Positions 1 to 7,956 of a stretch of DNA of 20,000 bases are shown here, in pieces; the stretch's first letter is position 1; the number at the start of each line of letters is the position of its first letter. Made by a program: the position numbers and the translations under genes. The notes under the pieces are model-generated. The model was not told the origin of the DNA and did not search any database. It saw only the letters and a list, made by a program, of their open reading frames with translations. The stretch comes from an uncultured virus (IMG/VR IMGVR_UViG_3300047315_000487) (Duplodnaviria > Heunggongvirae > Uroviricota > Caudoviricetes). The stretch lies in the IMG/VR virus record IMGVR_UViG_3300047315_000487; one strand, given 5' to 3'.

Positions 1-255
1 TCCGGCGAGCGCCCGTATCCCGGCCCGCAGCAGCCCCGCCTCCTCCGGCAGCAACGCCCCACGCTCAGCCCGATCCACCAGCGCCAGCAGGGACGCAGCG
101 GTCGGCCGCCCGTCGGCGCGCTGCACGAAGCCGGCGGACGCCTCGTAGTCGACGACGGTCTTGCGGGCGGCCAGGTAGGCGCGGAAGTCGGCCACGGCCT
201 GCGCGTCGCCATCGGACAGGACGGTGCGCGGGTCGTTGCCGCAACCCCGGGTCAC
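1..255 (-). CDS. Hypothetical phage protein (3' end runs off window), MTRGCGNDPRTVLSDG...
   Basis: GTG at 255 overlaps the stop of the LuxR gene (GTGA), with an AGGAGG RBS upstream. Frame open to position 1 with GC3-rich codons. Not in the supplied ORF track. Confidence 0.8.
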   Translation of the reverse strand, partial: MTRGCGNDPRTVLSDGDAQAVADFRAYLAARKTVVDYEASAGFVQRADGRPTAASLLALVDRAERGALLPEEAGLLRAGIRALAG

Positions 256-500
256 CGCCGTGCCTCCTTCCGTGGCGGCACGGCCACATCCCCCGGCCGC
301 ACCAGCCCGACCCGCATGGCCACCGCGACCGCCTGGGCCCGGGTGTCGGCGCCGAGTTCTGCCATGGCGGCCGTCATGTCGCGGCGGACGGTGTCGGGGC
401 CGCGCTTGAACTCGGCGGCTACCTCGGCTGTGGTGTGGCCGTTGGCGTAGAGGCGGAGGATGCGGGCCTGCCGGGCGGACAGGCTGCGGGGGGCGGTCAC
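252..500 (-). CDS. LuxR/GerE-type helix-turn-helix DNA-binding protein
   Basis: LSARQARILRLYANGHTTAEVAAEFKRGPDTVRRDM...LGADTRAQAVAVAMRVGLV matches the LuxR C-terminal pattern. Confidence 0.88.
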   Translation of the reverse strand: MTAPRSLSARQARILRLYANGHTTAEVAAEFKRGPDTVRRDMTAAMAELGADTRAQAVAVAMRVGLVRPGDVAVPPRKEARR

Positions 501-1252
501 CGCTGCGCCCCCTCAGCGGCCTCAGGCTGCTGCGGGATCAGGACGTCCGCGCCGCAGGTCGAATGCGCGCAGATCCCGCCGTCGGGCAGGTCCTCCGAGA
601 AGACCGGGGGCCAGTAGGGGCTGAGTTCGTCCCGGTGGCGGGTGCAGAACAGGGCGGTGCCGCCGGGTGACTGGTAGGCAACGATGCGGTCCCCGTCGGC
701 CTCCTGCGGCCGCTGCGCCACGGCGGCCGGGGCTCCGATGCCGAGGATGTGCACGGGGTCCATCGGCGGGCGCTTGGGCTGGGCGGCCTGCGTCTCCCGT
801 TCGTCACGGGCCTCGCCAGCCATGTCATGCAGCTCGGCCACCAGGACGCGGGCCACGTCCCGGAACGAGTGAAGCCGGGCCGCAGGAGCAGGCGCCTGCC
901 GTGCGCGGGTCTCAAGCCGCTCGATCACCTCACGGATCAGCGCGGCCCGGTCGGCGGGCGCAGGCGACGAGACGGCGGGCTCCCACACCGCACGGAACGC
1001 CGCATCCGACTTCGCCACGAAGTAGCCCTCAAAGCGCAGCACCCAGTCACCGGGGCCGATGCCCACCCAGTGGCTGGCCTCGACGAGCAACTGCGCGTCC
1101 TGGTCCGGGTCCTCGATGCGGTCCTGCGGGTCGATCGTGTCGAAGTCGGTACCGGCGAACGCGCGGAGTTCGTCGGCGTTGGTGCCGGTCCACTGGAGGG
1201 CTTCGGCTTCGAGAGGGCGCTGGCGGTAGGCGGGCTTGCTGGGTTCGGACAT
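497..1252 (-). CDS. Hypothetical phage protein (mosaic-looking, C-terminal Cys/His cluster)
   Basis: 251 aa ORF with GGAG RBS, coupled to the downstream gene. N-terminal EALQWTGTN...GDWV motif is seen in phage hypotheticals. Confidence 0.8.
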   Translation of the reverse strand: MSEPSKPAYRQRPLEAEALQWTGTNADELRAFAGTDFDTIDPQDRIEDPDQDAQLLVEASHWVGIGPGDWVLRFEGYFVAKSDAAFRAVWEPAVSSPAPADRAALIREVIERLETRARQAPAPAARLHSFRDVARVLVAELHDMAGEARDERETQAAQPKRPPMDPVHILGIGAPAAVAQRPQEADGDRIVAYQSPGGTALFCTRHRDELSPYWPPVFSEDLPDGGICAHSTCGADVLIPQQPEAAEGAQR

Positions 1253-1283
1253 CAGGGGTCTCCGGTCTCGGGATGGGCGGGGG

Positions 1284-2120
1284 TCAGGCTGCGGTCGGGT
1301 TGGCCTTGTTGGCCCGGGAGAACGAGGCGTTCACCATGCTTTTCGTCGCGCCGATCCGGGCGCCGGCCTGCTCGCGGGTGTAGCCCTGCGTCTCAATCAG
1401 CCACGTGACGTCCTCGACGACGGCGTCCTGCCGCGTGGTCTTGTCACCCACGCAGGGCTTGGCGGCCGGGTCGTCGATCGTGTCGTCGTCCCACGCGCCG
1501 ACGGGCGGCCAGCCCTGAGCGGCTGCGTGACGGCGGGCGCGGGTGGCTCCGGCCGGGCTGGCGCCATGTTCGGACGGGTCCGCACGCCATAGGTCGTCGT
1601 ACAGGCCGCGGACAGCCCGCGCGGTGCGGACGATGGTCCGGTCCCGGCGCAGGGCGTCGCTGAAGTTCGAGTCGGTCACGCCCAGCCGCACCGCGAGGTG
1701 ATGCTGCGGCCAGCCCGCGGCAACCAGCGCCCGCAGGCGGCGGTGCGTGCCGGTTGCGTCGATGACGGTGGCGGTGCCGAGGTTGTCGAGCGTCGGCTCG
1801 ACGGCCAGGACCGCGGCGGCGAACGCGGGGCGGACCTTCTCCTGCGGGCCGGTGCCGCGCTCGGGTCGGCCGCCGATGACGGCCTGCAGACGCTTACGGT
1901 CAACACCTGCCACGTCGGCGATCCGGCGCAGCCCGAGACCGCACGCCTGCAGATTGCGGATGTGATCGCGGACCGGCTCGGCGTCGGTCCAGGGCTGCCA
2001 CTGGCCGCGGCGGATCGCGTACTCCCGGGCATCCCGGTACGAGGCGACCGCCCAGCCGCAGGTGTAGCAACGGCAGCCGTCCAGCTTGTAGCGGGCGTAA
2101 CCGTGCGGGCGTTCGCTCAT
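1284..2120 (-). CDS. Actinophage DNA-binding protein (N-terminal HG-x-Y...CRCxxC Zn motif, multiple HTH-like segments)
   Basis: HGYARYKLDGCRCYTC; GLGLRRIADVAGVDRKRL; GWPQHHLAVRLGVTDSNFS; GYTREQAGARIGATKSMV. ATG at 2120 follows AGGAAGG. Confidence 0.8.
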   Translation of the reverse strand: MSERPHGYARYKLDGCRCYTCGWAVASYRDAREYAIRRGQWQPWTDAEPVRDHIRNLQACGLGLRRIADVAGVDRKRLQAVIGGRPERGTGPQEKVRPAFAAAVLAVEPTLDNLGTATVIDATGTHRRLRALVAAGWPQHHLAVRLGVTDSNFSDALRRDRTIVRTARAVRGLYDDLWRADPSEHGASPAGATRARRHAAAQGWPPVGAWDDDTIDDPAAKPCVGDKTTRQDAVVEDVTWLIETQGYTREQAGARIGATKSMVNASFSRANKANPTAA

Positions 2121-2121
2121 G

Positions 2122-2568
2122 TCAGCTGGCCTTCCTGTCATCGCGTGCGGGTTGGCAAACGGGCTGGTCGGGGGCCCGTCGCACGGTGAGGTGCGGGGGG
2201 TGGGGGGTGGTCATGAGGTCGGCCAGTTCGGCGGCCAGGCGGTGGATGCCGCCGGCGTGCGGGCTGCCGAGCGATGTGGCTTCGAGGACCCAGCCGACGA
2301 GGATGTAGGCCTCGGTCGGGCAGAACGAGGGCGGGCTCTGCGTGCACGGCCGGTGCGTGCCCCGGTCGATCTGGCCGAGCTCGCGACGCACCCGCTCCAG
2401 GCGCGGCACGTCGGCCACCGGGCGGTCCGTACCGCGGTTGGCGCGGATGACGCGGTCGAGGATTTCCCGCATCGCCGGGTAGGTGGCGTTCCACAGTGCG
2501 GCGAGGTCGGCGGCCTGGTCGGCGGTGAGGTGGCGGTAGGTGCGGAGGGTGGCGGGGGTGATGGTCAC
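2122..2568 (-). CDS. Hypothetical phage protein
   Basis: GTG at 2568 overlaps the upstream TGA, with a GGAGG RBS. The ORF-track start at 2727 is over-extended. Confidence 0.72.
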   Translation of the reverse strand: MTITPATLRTYRHLTADQAADLAALWNATYPAMREILDRVIRANRGTDRPVADVPRLERVRRELGQIDRGTHRPCTQSPPSFCPTEAYILVGWVLEATSLGSPHAGGIHRLAAELADLMTTPHPPHLTVRRAPDQPVCQPARDDRKAS

Positions 2569-2885
2569 GGCATCCTCCAGAGCGTCTTGGCGGCGATCCG
2601 GCAGCCGCTGCACTCGCAGTTGGCCGGGGCGTCGTAGTTGCCGTGGCGGTAGTCCTCGACGGCCTGCTGCCAGGCGGCGGGGTCCTGGGGTTCGACGGGG
2701 CCGGGCGGCCGGGTGCCGGTGGGCCATGCGCCGGGCCGGTGGTTCGGGTCGCGGGGCTCGAGCGCCTTGGCCTTTGCGGGCGGGGCTGCGGCCGGCTGGG
2801 GCTTGGAGCCGAGGTGGCGCAGGAACTCTCCGAAGGAGCCGTCGCGGCGCATGGCGGCGATGTCCTCGGCACTGACATCGGTCAT
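2565..2885 (-). CDS. Hypothetical phage protein (C-terminal CxCxxC)
   Basis: ATG at 2885 in an ATGA overlap; MTDVSAEDIAAMRRDGSF...CECSGC. Confidence 0.78.
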   Translation of the reverse strand: MTDVSAEDIAAMRRDGSFGEFLRHLGSKPQPAAAPPAKAKALEPRDPNHRPGAWPTGTRPPGPVEPQDPAAWQQAVEDYRHGNYDAPANCECSGCRIAAKTLWRMP

Positions 2886-3154
2886 GTTGCCCACGCCCCT
2901 TCGCCTTCGGGGAGCAGCCCGATGAGGTGCGATATGGCGGCGTGCCAGGCCTCTTCGGTGTGGAGCTCGGGGGCGGCGCCGGTGTCGCGTTCCCAGCCGG
3001 CGAGGGGCTTGATGGCGGGGCGCAGGGTCCAGCTCCAGTACTGCGAGAACGACCACATCGGGTTGTCCGCCGCCCGCTTGGCTTCGGCGAGGACGGTCTG
3101 CTCGAGGTCGATGAACCGCGGTTCTGCTGCCGTGAGTTCGAGCCAGGTGATCAC
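2882..3154 (-). CDS. Hypothetical phage protein
   Basis: 90 aa; GTGA overlap with the dnaB stop. Confidence 0.8.
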   Translation of the reverse strand: MITWLELTAAEPRFIDLEQTVLAEAKRAADNPMWSFSQYWSWTLRPAIKPLAGWERDTGAAPELHTEEAWHAAISHLIGLLPEGEGAWAT

Positions 3155-5754
3155 GTGTATTCCCTTCCGAAGTTGCTGAGGCGGGCGTAGTGGCCCTGCC
3201 AGACGAGCGGGATTTCGATCTTGTTTTTGCCTTGGCGCTGCTTCTCGACGAGCACGTCGACCTCGTCGGTGCGGTCCCTGTCGCCGCGGGCCCGCTCGTC
3301 GTCGGTGAGCGGCGGCGGCCGATGGAGGAGCAGCACGATGTCCGCGTCGTTCTCGATCGACCCCGACTCGCGAAGGTCGGACATGGCGGGCTTCTTGTCC
3401 GCGCGCCCCTCCGACGCCCGGTTCAACTGGGTGAGCGCGATGACCGGGATGTTGAACTCCATGGCGAGCTTCTTCAGCTCGCGCGAGAGCTCGCCGACCG
3501 CGGCGACACGGTTCTCGTGCCGGCCGGTGGGCTTCATCTGCTGGATGTAGTCGATGACGGCGACCGCGGCCGGAATGCCCTGGCCCTGCATCCAGCGGAG
3601 CCGGGTGCGGACGTGGGAGACGGTGAGGGACGTGGAGTCGTCGATGACAAGCGGGGCGTCCCGGACGCTCGACGACACGCCGGAGATGAGCATGAAGTCC
3701 CGGTCGGTGAAGTTGCGGTCCTCGAAAGCGGTTAGTGACACCGAGGCCTGCGAGGCGAGGATCCGGTCGTCGATCTGGAAGCGCGGCATCTCGAGGCTGA
3801 ACAGCACCGCGGGCTGACCGCGCTTGACGGCCGTGTGCACGGCGATGCCGAGCCCGGCGAGCGAGTTGTGCGTCGGGATGCAGGCGCGGCTGGCCAGGAA
3901 CAGGTGGCTCTCATTGTCGACGCGGACGCATCGCACCGGCACCGACGGGATCGGGCGAACATCCACGACGTAGCGCCGGTCGACGCCAGCACGGTTCGTG
4001 GTGACGAGTCGCTGTGCCTTTCGGGTCAGGTAGACGACCTTGTCGGTCGTGGTGAAGGTGACGATGTAGCAGGTGGATGTCTCCGGGTGGCGGCCCTTGA
4101 CGGGCTTGGTCCGTATGGCGGGCCGGTAGCCGAGCGATGCGATCAGCTCGTAGGCACCCTCGGCCAGGGCCCGGCTAGTGACAGCGAACTGGACACTGCC
4201 GCTCGTATTGACGGTGCCGTCGGTGTCGAGCAGCCCGGCGAGCAGCTTGCGCCGCTGACGCTCGGAAGCACGCAGATAGGCCGCAGGGATGTGCTTGTTG
4301 CCGAGGACGCCTATGTCGCGCAGCAGCTCTGTCAGAGTCCGATGTTTCTCGGCCTGAGGTGCCGTGGTCGGCACATAGCCGCGCTTCCAGCCGGTCAGAT
4401 TGGGGCCAGTGACCTTCCGGATGGCGTCGGCCGCAACGCCGACATGAACGGCCGCCCGCATGATCGGCATCCCGTCGCGCACCAACTCTGCGCCGTCGGT
4501 CACGCGCTGGCGCCACTCGGACTGGTTGCTGATCCCGTAGAGCAGGTAGTTCTTTCGCGGCGTGATCTCGTAACCGTCCAGCCGGATCCGGTCGAGGATC
4601 TCGGGGTCCACGGTGGTGATGTTGGGGGTGAGTGAGCCGCCATCACCCAGCCACGCACCCAGGGTGTACGGAGCGATGAGCAGGTCAGCTTCAGGAAGTT
4701 CGAACGGGCGGGCATTGACGATCGAGTGATTGGCCCGTTGATCCGCGGTCGTCGCCCTCACGGTTGCCGCGATCTCAGCGGTGGTTCGCACCGCGGGGAA
4801 GGTGCGTTGGTTCCGGTAGCGGTTCCGCCCAGCCGCCGCCTGCTGCGCTGACCGCAAGGACGCGCAAGTGTCCGTGAGCCACTGGTGCTCAGCATCGGCG
4901 ACGATCACCGTGCCATCGGAGAACTCGACCTCAAAGCAGGGGCGGCCGTGCATAACGTCGGTCGCTGCCGTGACAGTGCAGGGCTTGCCGTCGGCTCCGA
5001 TGAGCTGCTCGCCGACTCGGATGTCGCCCATCGTCGTCCAGCCGGACGGCGTAGGCAGTGGCGTGTCGAGAGCGAGCGCCTTGCCGCCACCCGGTCGGGC
5101 TCCGATCACCACAAGCTGGCCGCCACGAATGCGGACCCGCTCGTTCACGTCCAGCCACGGCGTCGGCAGCACCGGGTTCAGGTCGGGCTTCTCCAGCGAC
5201 GCCAGGTAGTCCTCGAAGTCATCAGCCAGCAACAGGGGCTGGCTGTCCGGCCGGCCGACGGCCGCGGCCTGGACTCCGGCGAGCACGATCTCGGTGTCGG
5301 TTGCCGCGTCGAAGGCGGGGCTCGAGGTGAGCTGCACGCCTCGGATGCAGGCTCGCCACACGGCGCGGCGGGCGTAGTCGTCGACGACGAGCTGGGCGTG
5401 GTTGCGGACGGCCTCGAGACCGATGGCTGCCCGGTTGGCGAGGTCGTACACGCGGTCGGGGCTGTTCCCGAACACCCGCATGCCGTCGGTCTTCTGGACC
5501 TGGCGGACGATGGACCGGACGTCGATCCACTGGTTGCCGCCAGCAAGCTCGAGGGCTGCGGCGAAGGCGGTCGAGCATGTCGCCTGGTAGAAGTGCTCGG
5601 GGGTGAGGATCTCCGCAGCGGTCTCGGTGTAGTTGCGGCCGTGAAGGGCGGCGCCGACTACGGCGTCCTCGGCGTCGAGAACGGCGCGGCTCGGGACCTC
5701 GCCGGATGGCGGACCGGGCTGCTCGTCGAGCGGGTCGTCGTCAAAGTGGCTCAT
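3151..5754 (-). CDS. dnaB: Replicative DNA helicase DnaB-like, intein-containing (867 aa precursor, ~462 aa mature)
   Basis: Walker A GARPGGGK|S split by the intein; FSLEM, IDYIQ, QLNR, SDLRESGSIENDAD and KQRQG motifs; N-terminal domain AEDAVVGA...HFY. ATG at 5754 overlaps the rep stop. Confidence 0.96.
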   Translation of the reverse strand: MSHFDDDPLDEQPGPPSGEVPSRAVLDAEDAVVGAALHGRNYTETAAEILTPEHFYQATCSTAFAAALELAGGNQWIDVRSIVRQVQKTDGMRVFGNSPDRVYDLANRAAIGLEAVRNHAQLVVDDYARRAVWRACIRGVQLTSSPAFDAATDTEIVLAGVQAAAVGRPDSQPLLLADDFEDYLASLEKPDLNPVLPTPWLDVNERVRIRGGQLVVIGARPGGGKALALDTPLPTPSGWTTMGDIRVGEQLIGADGKPCTVTAATDVMHGRPCFEVEFSDGTVIVADAEHQWLTDTCASLRSAQQAAAGRNRYRNQRTFPAVRTTAEIAATVRATTADQRANHSIVNARPFELPEADLLIAPYTLGAWLGDGGSLTPNITTVDPEILDRIRLDGYEITPRKNYLLYGISNQSEWRQRVTDGAELVRDGMPIMRAAVHVGVAADAIRKVTGPNLTGWKRGYVPTTAPQAEKHRTLTELLRDIGVLGNKHIPAAYLRASERQRRKLLAGLLDTDGTVNTSGSVQFAVTSRALAEGAYELIASLGYRPAIRTKPVKGRHPETSTCYIVTFTTTDKVVYLTRKAQRLVTTNRAGVDRRYVVDVRPIPSVPVRCVRVDNESHLFLASRACIPTHNSLAGLGIAVHTAVKRGQPAVLFSLEMPRFQIDDRILASQASVSLTAFEDRNFTDRDFMLISGVSSSVRDAPLVIDDSTSLTVSHVRTRLRWMQGQGIPAAVAVIDYIQQMKPTGRHENRVAAVGELSRELKKLAMEFNIPVIALTQLNRASEGRADKKPAMSDLRESGSIENDADIVLLLHRPPPLTDDERARGDRDRTDEVDVLVEKQRQGKNKIEIPLVWQGHYARLSNFGREYT
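3865..5079 (-). mobile_element. Class 3 intein with LAGLIDADG homing endonuclease (405 aa)
   Basis: Starts ALALDTPLPTPSGW and ends IPTHN before Ser+1. Block B ADAEHQW, block F VRCVRVD. LAGLIDADG motifs LGAWLGDG and LAGLLDTDG. Confidence 0.93.
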
Positions 5755-6671
5755 CGGGTGTCTCCCATGGCGTCGGGGTTGCAGTTGCGGCAGCGGACGT
5801 AGCCGGTGCCGTTGTCGAGCCAGCGGTAATCGGGGCTGTCGCACTTGCCGCACCACTCGGGGAGCGGGGCGGCGGAAGGCTTGGGGGAATCGCGGGCGGT
5901 GACGGTGTCCGGATGCCATGCAGTGCCGGGTCTGGGCGCCCCGTACTCCTGCCAGATGTCGAGCAGGAGCGTCGCGAACTTGATCGGGTTGGTCGGGTCG
6001 TAGCGGAGGCCGGCGAGGTGGACCAGGTAGGGCTGGCCGTGGCTCCCGAGTAGCTGCTGGAGTTGCACCCACCGGAGATCGCTCATCCGGTGCTTCCAGC
6101 TGACGACGATGCCCTTCGCCTCGAGCTCGTTGATGATGCTTTGGGCCCAGCCAGGTACACGAAGCCCGCGGTTGTCCGGAGGGCGGTGGGGTTGGTTTGC
6201 CTGCCTACCTACATACGTAGGTTCGTTACTCGGAGCGGAATACGAACTGCTCTCTTGTTCCGCTCCGGAACTTTGGTGTTCCGCTCCGGAGTGAGAGGCC
6301 GAACCCCTTGTGTTCCGCTCCGGAACGCTAGACATCCTCTTGTTCCGCTCCGGAACGGAGCCTGCGTCGTCTTGTGTTCCGCTCCGGAACGCTACGGGCG
6401 CCTCCTGGTCTCGCCCGGTGAGCACCACATAGCGGTTCGACCGCTTGCCGGCGCCGCCCTCGAACACCTCGATCTCCTTGAGCTCGATGAGCTTGGAGAC
6501 GGCCCGCTGGACCGTGGCAACGCCGACTCCGCAGCGGCGCGAAATGTCACCCATGGACGGCCACGCGACGCCCTCGTCATCAGCCCTGTCGGCGATGGCG
6601 AGCAGCACGTGGTGTGCCGGTCCGCGAGCGCTGGAGTGGTCCCAGACCCGCTTGGTGATTTTCTGGCTCAC
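5751..6671 (-). CDS. Phage replication initiator (N-terminal winged HTH, C-terminal CxxC...CxxC)
   Basis: VLLAIADRADDEGVAWPSMGDISRRCGVGVATVQRAVSKLIELKEI...SNRY (HTH_36-like). Lies directly upstream of dnaB and contains internal iterons. Confidence 0.9.
   Translation of the reverse strand: MSQKITKRVWDHSSARGPAHHVLLAIADRADDEGVAWPSMGDISRRCGVGVATVQRAVSKLIELKEIEVFEGGAGKRSNRYVVLTGRDQEAPVAFRSGTQDDAGSVPERNKRMSSVPERNTRGSASHSGAEHQSSGAEQESSSYSAPSNEPTYVGRQANQPHRPPDNRGLRVPGWAQSIINELEAKGIVVSWKHRMSDLRWVQLQQLLGSHGQPYLVHLAGLRYDPTNPIKFATLLLDIWQEYGAPRPGTAWHPDTVTARDSPKPSAAPLPEWCGKCDSPDYRWLDNGTGYVRCRNCNPDAMGDTR
6231..6390. repeat. Iteron array / putative phage replication origin
   Basis: TGTTCCGCTCCGGAAC at 6256, 6311, 6341 and 6375, a 14-nt copy at 6277, and an inverted partial copy CGGAGCGGAA at 6231-6240. 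Confidence 0.88.
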
Positions 6672-6760
6672 TGGCTCTTCTCTCGGGGTTGGTCGAGGGG
6701 TTCAGGGCATGCGGAACCAGGGCCTCAGGGAGGCTCGATTCGCGACTGGCGCGAACCCCT

Positions 6761-6798
6761 ATAGCCAACATACACTTGCACTCGTGCCTGTTGGCTAT
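6761..6798. promoter_or_regulatory. Operator-like inverted repeat in the divergent promoter region
   Basis: ATAGCCAACA-N18-TGTTGGCTAT, perfect 10-bp arms in an AT-rich patch. Overlaps a minus-strand -10-like TATGTT (6772-6767). Confidence 0.65.
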
Positions 6799-6844
6799 TT
6801 GAGGGAAACCAGTTGTGGCCTCGCCCGTGTGGGAACATGTGGCC

Positions 6845-7126
6845 ATGCCAGAGGAGGAAGTCGTGACCCGCCTGAAGCAGGCTGCCCGCGCCAAGCAGCG
6901 CGCCGACAAGCGCGCCAAGGACCTCGTCAAGAACGCCACGGAGGCGTTTGACCAGGCCGTTGTTGCCGCGCTGAATGCCGGCCTGAAGCCGACCGAGGTC
7001 GCCAAAGCGACCGACTACAGCTACGAAACGATCCGTCGTATCGCGCGCGCCAACCACATCGAACCCCTGCGCGAGCCGACCGTCACCAGCAGGAAACCGA
7101 AGCCCGAGGGCGCCTCCTCGGCCTGA
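6845..7126 (+). CDS. Small HTH DNA-binding protein (alternative start GTG 6863)
   Basis: AVVAALNAGLKPTEVAKATDYSYETIRRI HTH. GAGGAGG precedes GTG 6863. Confidence 0.85.
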   Translation: MPEEEVVTRLKQAARAKQRADKRAKDLVKNATEAFDQAVVAALNAGLKPTEVAKATDYSYETIRRIARANHIEPLREPTVTSRKPKPEGASSA

Positions 7127-7141
7127 TTGAGGAGACCCTTC

Positions 7142-7624
7142 ATGTGGCTTGATGACCACCGCACTGCCCTCTACCGCTTCTACGACGAGGGCGGTGCTTT
7201 GCTGTACGTCGGCATCACCGCGAACCTCGAGAGCCGTTGGCTCGACCATGAGCGCGAAAAGCCCTGGTGGCCGCAGGTCGTCGAGAAGACGGCGGAGTGG
7301 TTCGATAACCGCCCGGCCGCCGGTGCCGCCGAGCTGGAAGCGATCAAGACCGAGCACCCGGTCCACAACGTCAGCGGTACTCCGGCCGCCCATAAGCGCA
7401 GGGAACTCGCCCCCAATGAGGCTGGCCATGCCGCGCTCCGGTCGCAGCTCTCCGAGTACATCGGCCGGGCTCGATGGCGCGGCGAAGCCACAGTCATCGT
7501 GGATGGAACCCGGAAGCAGAAGCGCATCGCCGTCCTCGTCTCCATGGACTTTTACGAGCGCGCGCTCGCAGCCCTTGATGAGGTGCGCGTCCTGGTCGAG
7601 AAGGCCGAAGCCCCCGACGCCTGA
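7142..7624 (+). CDS. GIY-YIG nuclease domain fused to a Phd/YefM-like domain
   Basis: ALYRFYD...LLYVGIT...RW..H...E..AI..EHPVHN, then LRSQLSEYIGRARWRGEATVIV...IAVLVSMDFYE. GAGGAG RBS before ATG 7142. Confidence 0.82.
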   Translation: MWLDDHRTALYRFYDEGGALLYVGITANLESRWLDHEREKPWWPQVVEKTAEWFDNRPAAGAAELEAIKTEHPVHNVSGTPAAHKRRELAPNEAGHAALRSQLSEYIGRARWRGEATVIVDGTRKQKRIAVLVSMDFYERALAALDEVRVLVEKAEAPDA

Positions 7625-7677
7625 CCCCCGCTCCCCCTTCACCCCGCCCCCGCGGCGCGGCGTCCCCATGCCCGCGT

Positions 7678-7956
7678 TCACCGAGCACCGTCCTCGTCGC
7701 CCGAGGCCCCGGCTATCGCGGCCCGTTCGGCGGCGCTCTTCCCGCCGAGGACCCCGGCTCTCCCGTTGGCGCCCGCGGTTCCTTCCTGCTCCAGTGCCCA
7801 GGTGAGGCAGCGCGCTTCGACCGGGCACCTTCCGCAGACGGTTTTCGCGGCGACGGCGCGGGTGGCCCACGACATGCCGGGGACGCGCTGGTCGCCGAAC
7901 AGCGGGATGTAGGCGGGGATCAGGCACAGGCCGGCGGCCTGCCAGTCGGCGGTCAT
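7678..7956 (-). CDS. WhiB-family (Wbl) Fe-S transcription regulator
   Basis: WQAAGLC...AKTVCGRCPVEARCLTWAL...GVLGG: four conserved Cys and the G[V/I]xGG turn. ATGA overlap. Confidence 0.92.
   Translation of the reverse strand: MTADWQAAGLCLIPAYIPLFGDQRVPGMSWATRAVAAKTVCGRCPVEARCLTWALEQEGTAGANGRAGVLGGKSAAERAAIAGASGDEDGAR

Noticed and set aside
5077..5079. Intein inactive because it lacks Cys/Ser at position 1
   Set aside because: The WCT triad of class 3 inteins is present, which explains Ala1.
5755..6072. N-terminal extension of DnaB (and similar extensions of the MTase, exonuclease and vWA ORFs)
   Set aside because: Arg/Pro-rich out-of-frame overlaps with upstream genes. True starts are marked by stop/start overlaps or RBSs.
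6256..6390. Possible CRISPR array
   Set aside because: Repeats are only 16 nt with 5-20 nt spacers, lie inside a coding gene, and no cas genes are present. They fit iterons.
7142..7624. Canonical type II toxin-antitoxin operon
   Set aside because: The Phd-like domain is fused C-terminally to a GIY-YIG domain and no standard toxin gene follows.
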